From an uncultured virus (IMG/VR IMGVR_UViG_3300005512_000019) (taxonomy: Duplodnaviria; Heunggongvirae; Uroviricota; Caudoviricetes), in IMG/VR virus record IMGVR_UViG_3300005512_000019: a stretch of DNA of 64,000 nt. One strand, given 5' to 3'. A program made the position numbers and the translations under genes. Positions within the stretch are counted from its first letter, which is position 1. Every line of letters starts with the position of its first letter. Below the pieces are notes generated by a model, which saw only the letters and a list, made by a program, of their open reading frames with translations, did not search any database and had not been told where the DNA came from. Positions 63,122-64,000 of the stretch are shown in pieces.

Positions 63122-63691
63122 CTATATGCGTGCGGCGGTTGTCTTCAACTCTGCCATGACTTCCCAGATGCGTTTCCACTTCCATCCCTCGGCTCGGAGA
63201 TACCTCTGGAGGATGCCCCGGATGATCTTGGGGGGCTGGGCTCCCAGGTCCCGGAGGGCCTCCACTGGAGCGTTGAGGAGGAGGTCCAGGATGTACCTGG
63301 CGTCATCACTCAATCCGCTCCTGAGCTCCACCACCCGCATGTGTTGGTAGGGTCCGTCACTCCTGTGGTCCGGCACGATCTCCTCCAGGACGGCTTCCCC
63401 GAGGTCCGGGGGGAGGTCGTTGTGCTGCGTGTAGTCAATCAGGCCCTGGTTCAAGAGCCGATAAAGCCACGTGCTGAATTTGGCTCCCCTGTTGGGATCG
63501 TAGGAGTGGAAGGCCTCCATGAAGATACCCTCACAGACTCCCATCAGCTCGGTGAAGTCATGGCCAGTTGTTTCCCGGAAGGACCAGCTGCGGGCGCACA
63601 TCATTGCGTAGGTTGCGTCATACAGCTTCTGAGCCCGTCCTTCGGTGACCACCCGCCGGATCGTGTGCTGCGTGTTCCGGTCCTTGGTCAT
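63122..63691 (-). CDS. sigma70-family (region 2) phage sigma factor
   Basis: FMEAFHSYDPNRGAKFSTWLY; LSDDARYIL region-4-like helix. Confidence 0.75.
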   Translation of the reverse strand: MTKDRNTQHTIRRVVTEGRAQKLYDATYAMMCARSWSFRETTGHDFTELMGVCEGIFMEAFHSYDPNRGAKFSTWLYRLLNQGLIDYTQHNDLPPDLGEAVLEEIVPDHRSDGPYQHMRVVELRSGLSDDARYILDLLLNAPVEALRDLGAQPPKIIRGILQRYLRAEGWKWKRIWEVMAELKTTAARI

Positions 63692-63873
63692 TAGCCTCTC
63701 CCCCCGTCACGGAGTTTGCGTTGCATGCTCTGAATGTGCACGGCCACGATGGCCTCCAGCTGCTCCTTCCCGTTGCTCCCGAGGGCTCGGGACAGCCCGT
63801 TGAAACGATCCCGCAGTTGGCGCGGGACTCCCTGAATGACCCAGCTGCAAGTGGTTGTGTTCTGCTTGTCCAT
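63691..63873 (-). CDS. small putative ribbon-helix-helix regulator
   Basis: WVIQGVPRQLRDRF..L...G pattern; GAGGA SD. Confidence 0.5.
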   Translation of the reverse strand: MDKQNTTTCSWVIQGVPRQLRDRFNGLSRALGSNGKEQLEAIVAVHIQSMQRKLRDGGRG

Positions 63874-64000
63874 CTTGTGTTCCTCTCTAGTTGTCTCTGA
63901 CGTGTCGATTCTCTGTTGCGGTGATCTCGGTGTCCAGGTCCCTGGCCCCGTCCTCCCCGGCTGCGTCTGCGGCAAGCTGAGTGGCTTCCCGGCTGTCCAT

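Noticed and set aside
1..64000. Prophage integration module, diversity-generating retroelement or host genes
   Set aside because: No integrase, reverse transcriptase, long template/variable repeat pair or host housekeeping gene recognised; lifestyle cannot be settled because the window edges cut the early region

Overview
The window is most or all of a GC-rich (roughly 60-65% by eye) tailed dsDNA phage genome with a non-contractile tail. Positions ~830-31700 (+) hold the packaging, head, tail and presumed lysis genes. These include TerS/TerL, portal, a 1376-aa MuF protein with kinase-like and ADP-ribosyltransferase-like extensions, a protease/scaffold, an HK97-type major capsid, neck and tail genes with a G/GT frameshift, a tape measure and tail proteins. 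Several glycosyl- and sulfotransferases and three lipoproteins, one a metacaspase, lie in the same arm. Positions ~31900-64000 and 1-600 (-) hold the early/replication arm: split SbcC with SbcD, RuvC, 5' nuclease, RecA, SSB, clamp loader, split UDG/exo + PolA, beta clamp, DnaB, primase, initiator, Toprim protein, SNF2 helicase and a sigma factor. The strongest candidate new system is at ~46600-53300: two paralogous SPL-like radical SAM enzymes, a fold-II PLP enzyme, a DUF2156-like aminoacyl-transferase, a second PCNA-like clamp and a structured leader RNA, suggesting an uncharacterised DNA hypermodification pathway. No tRNA, rRNA, CRISPR array, integrase or recognisable endolysin was seen. All assignments come from motif recognition by eye; no searches were run.
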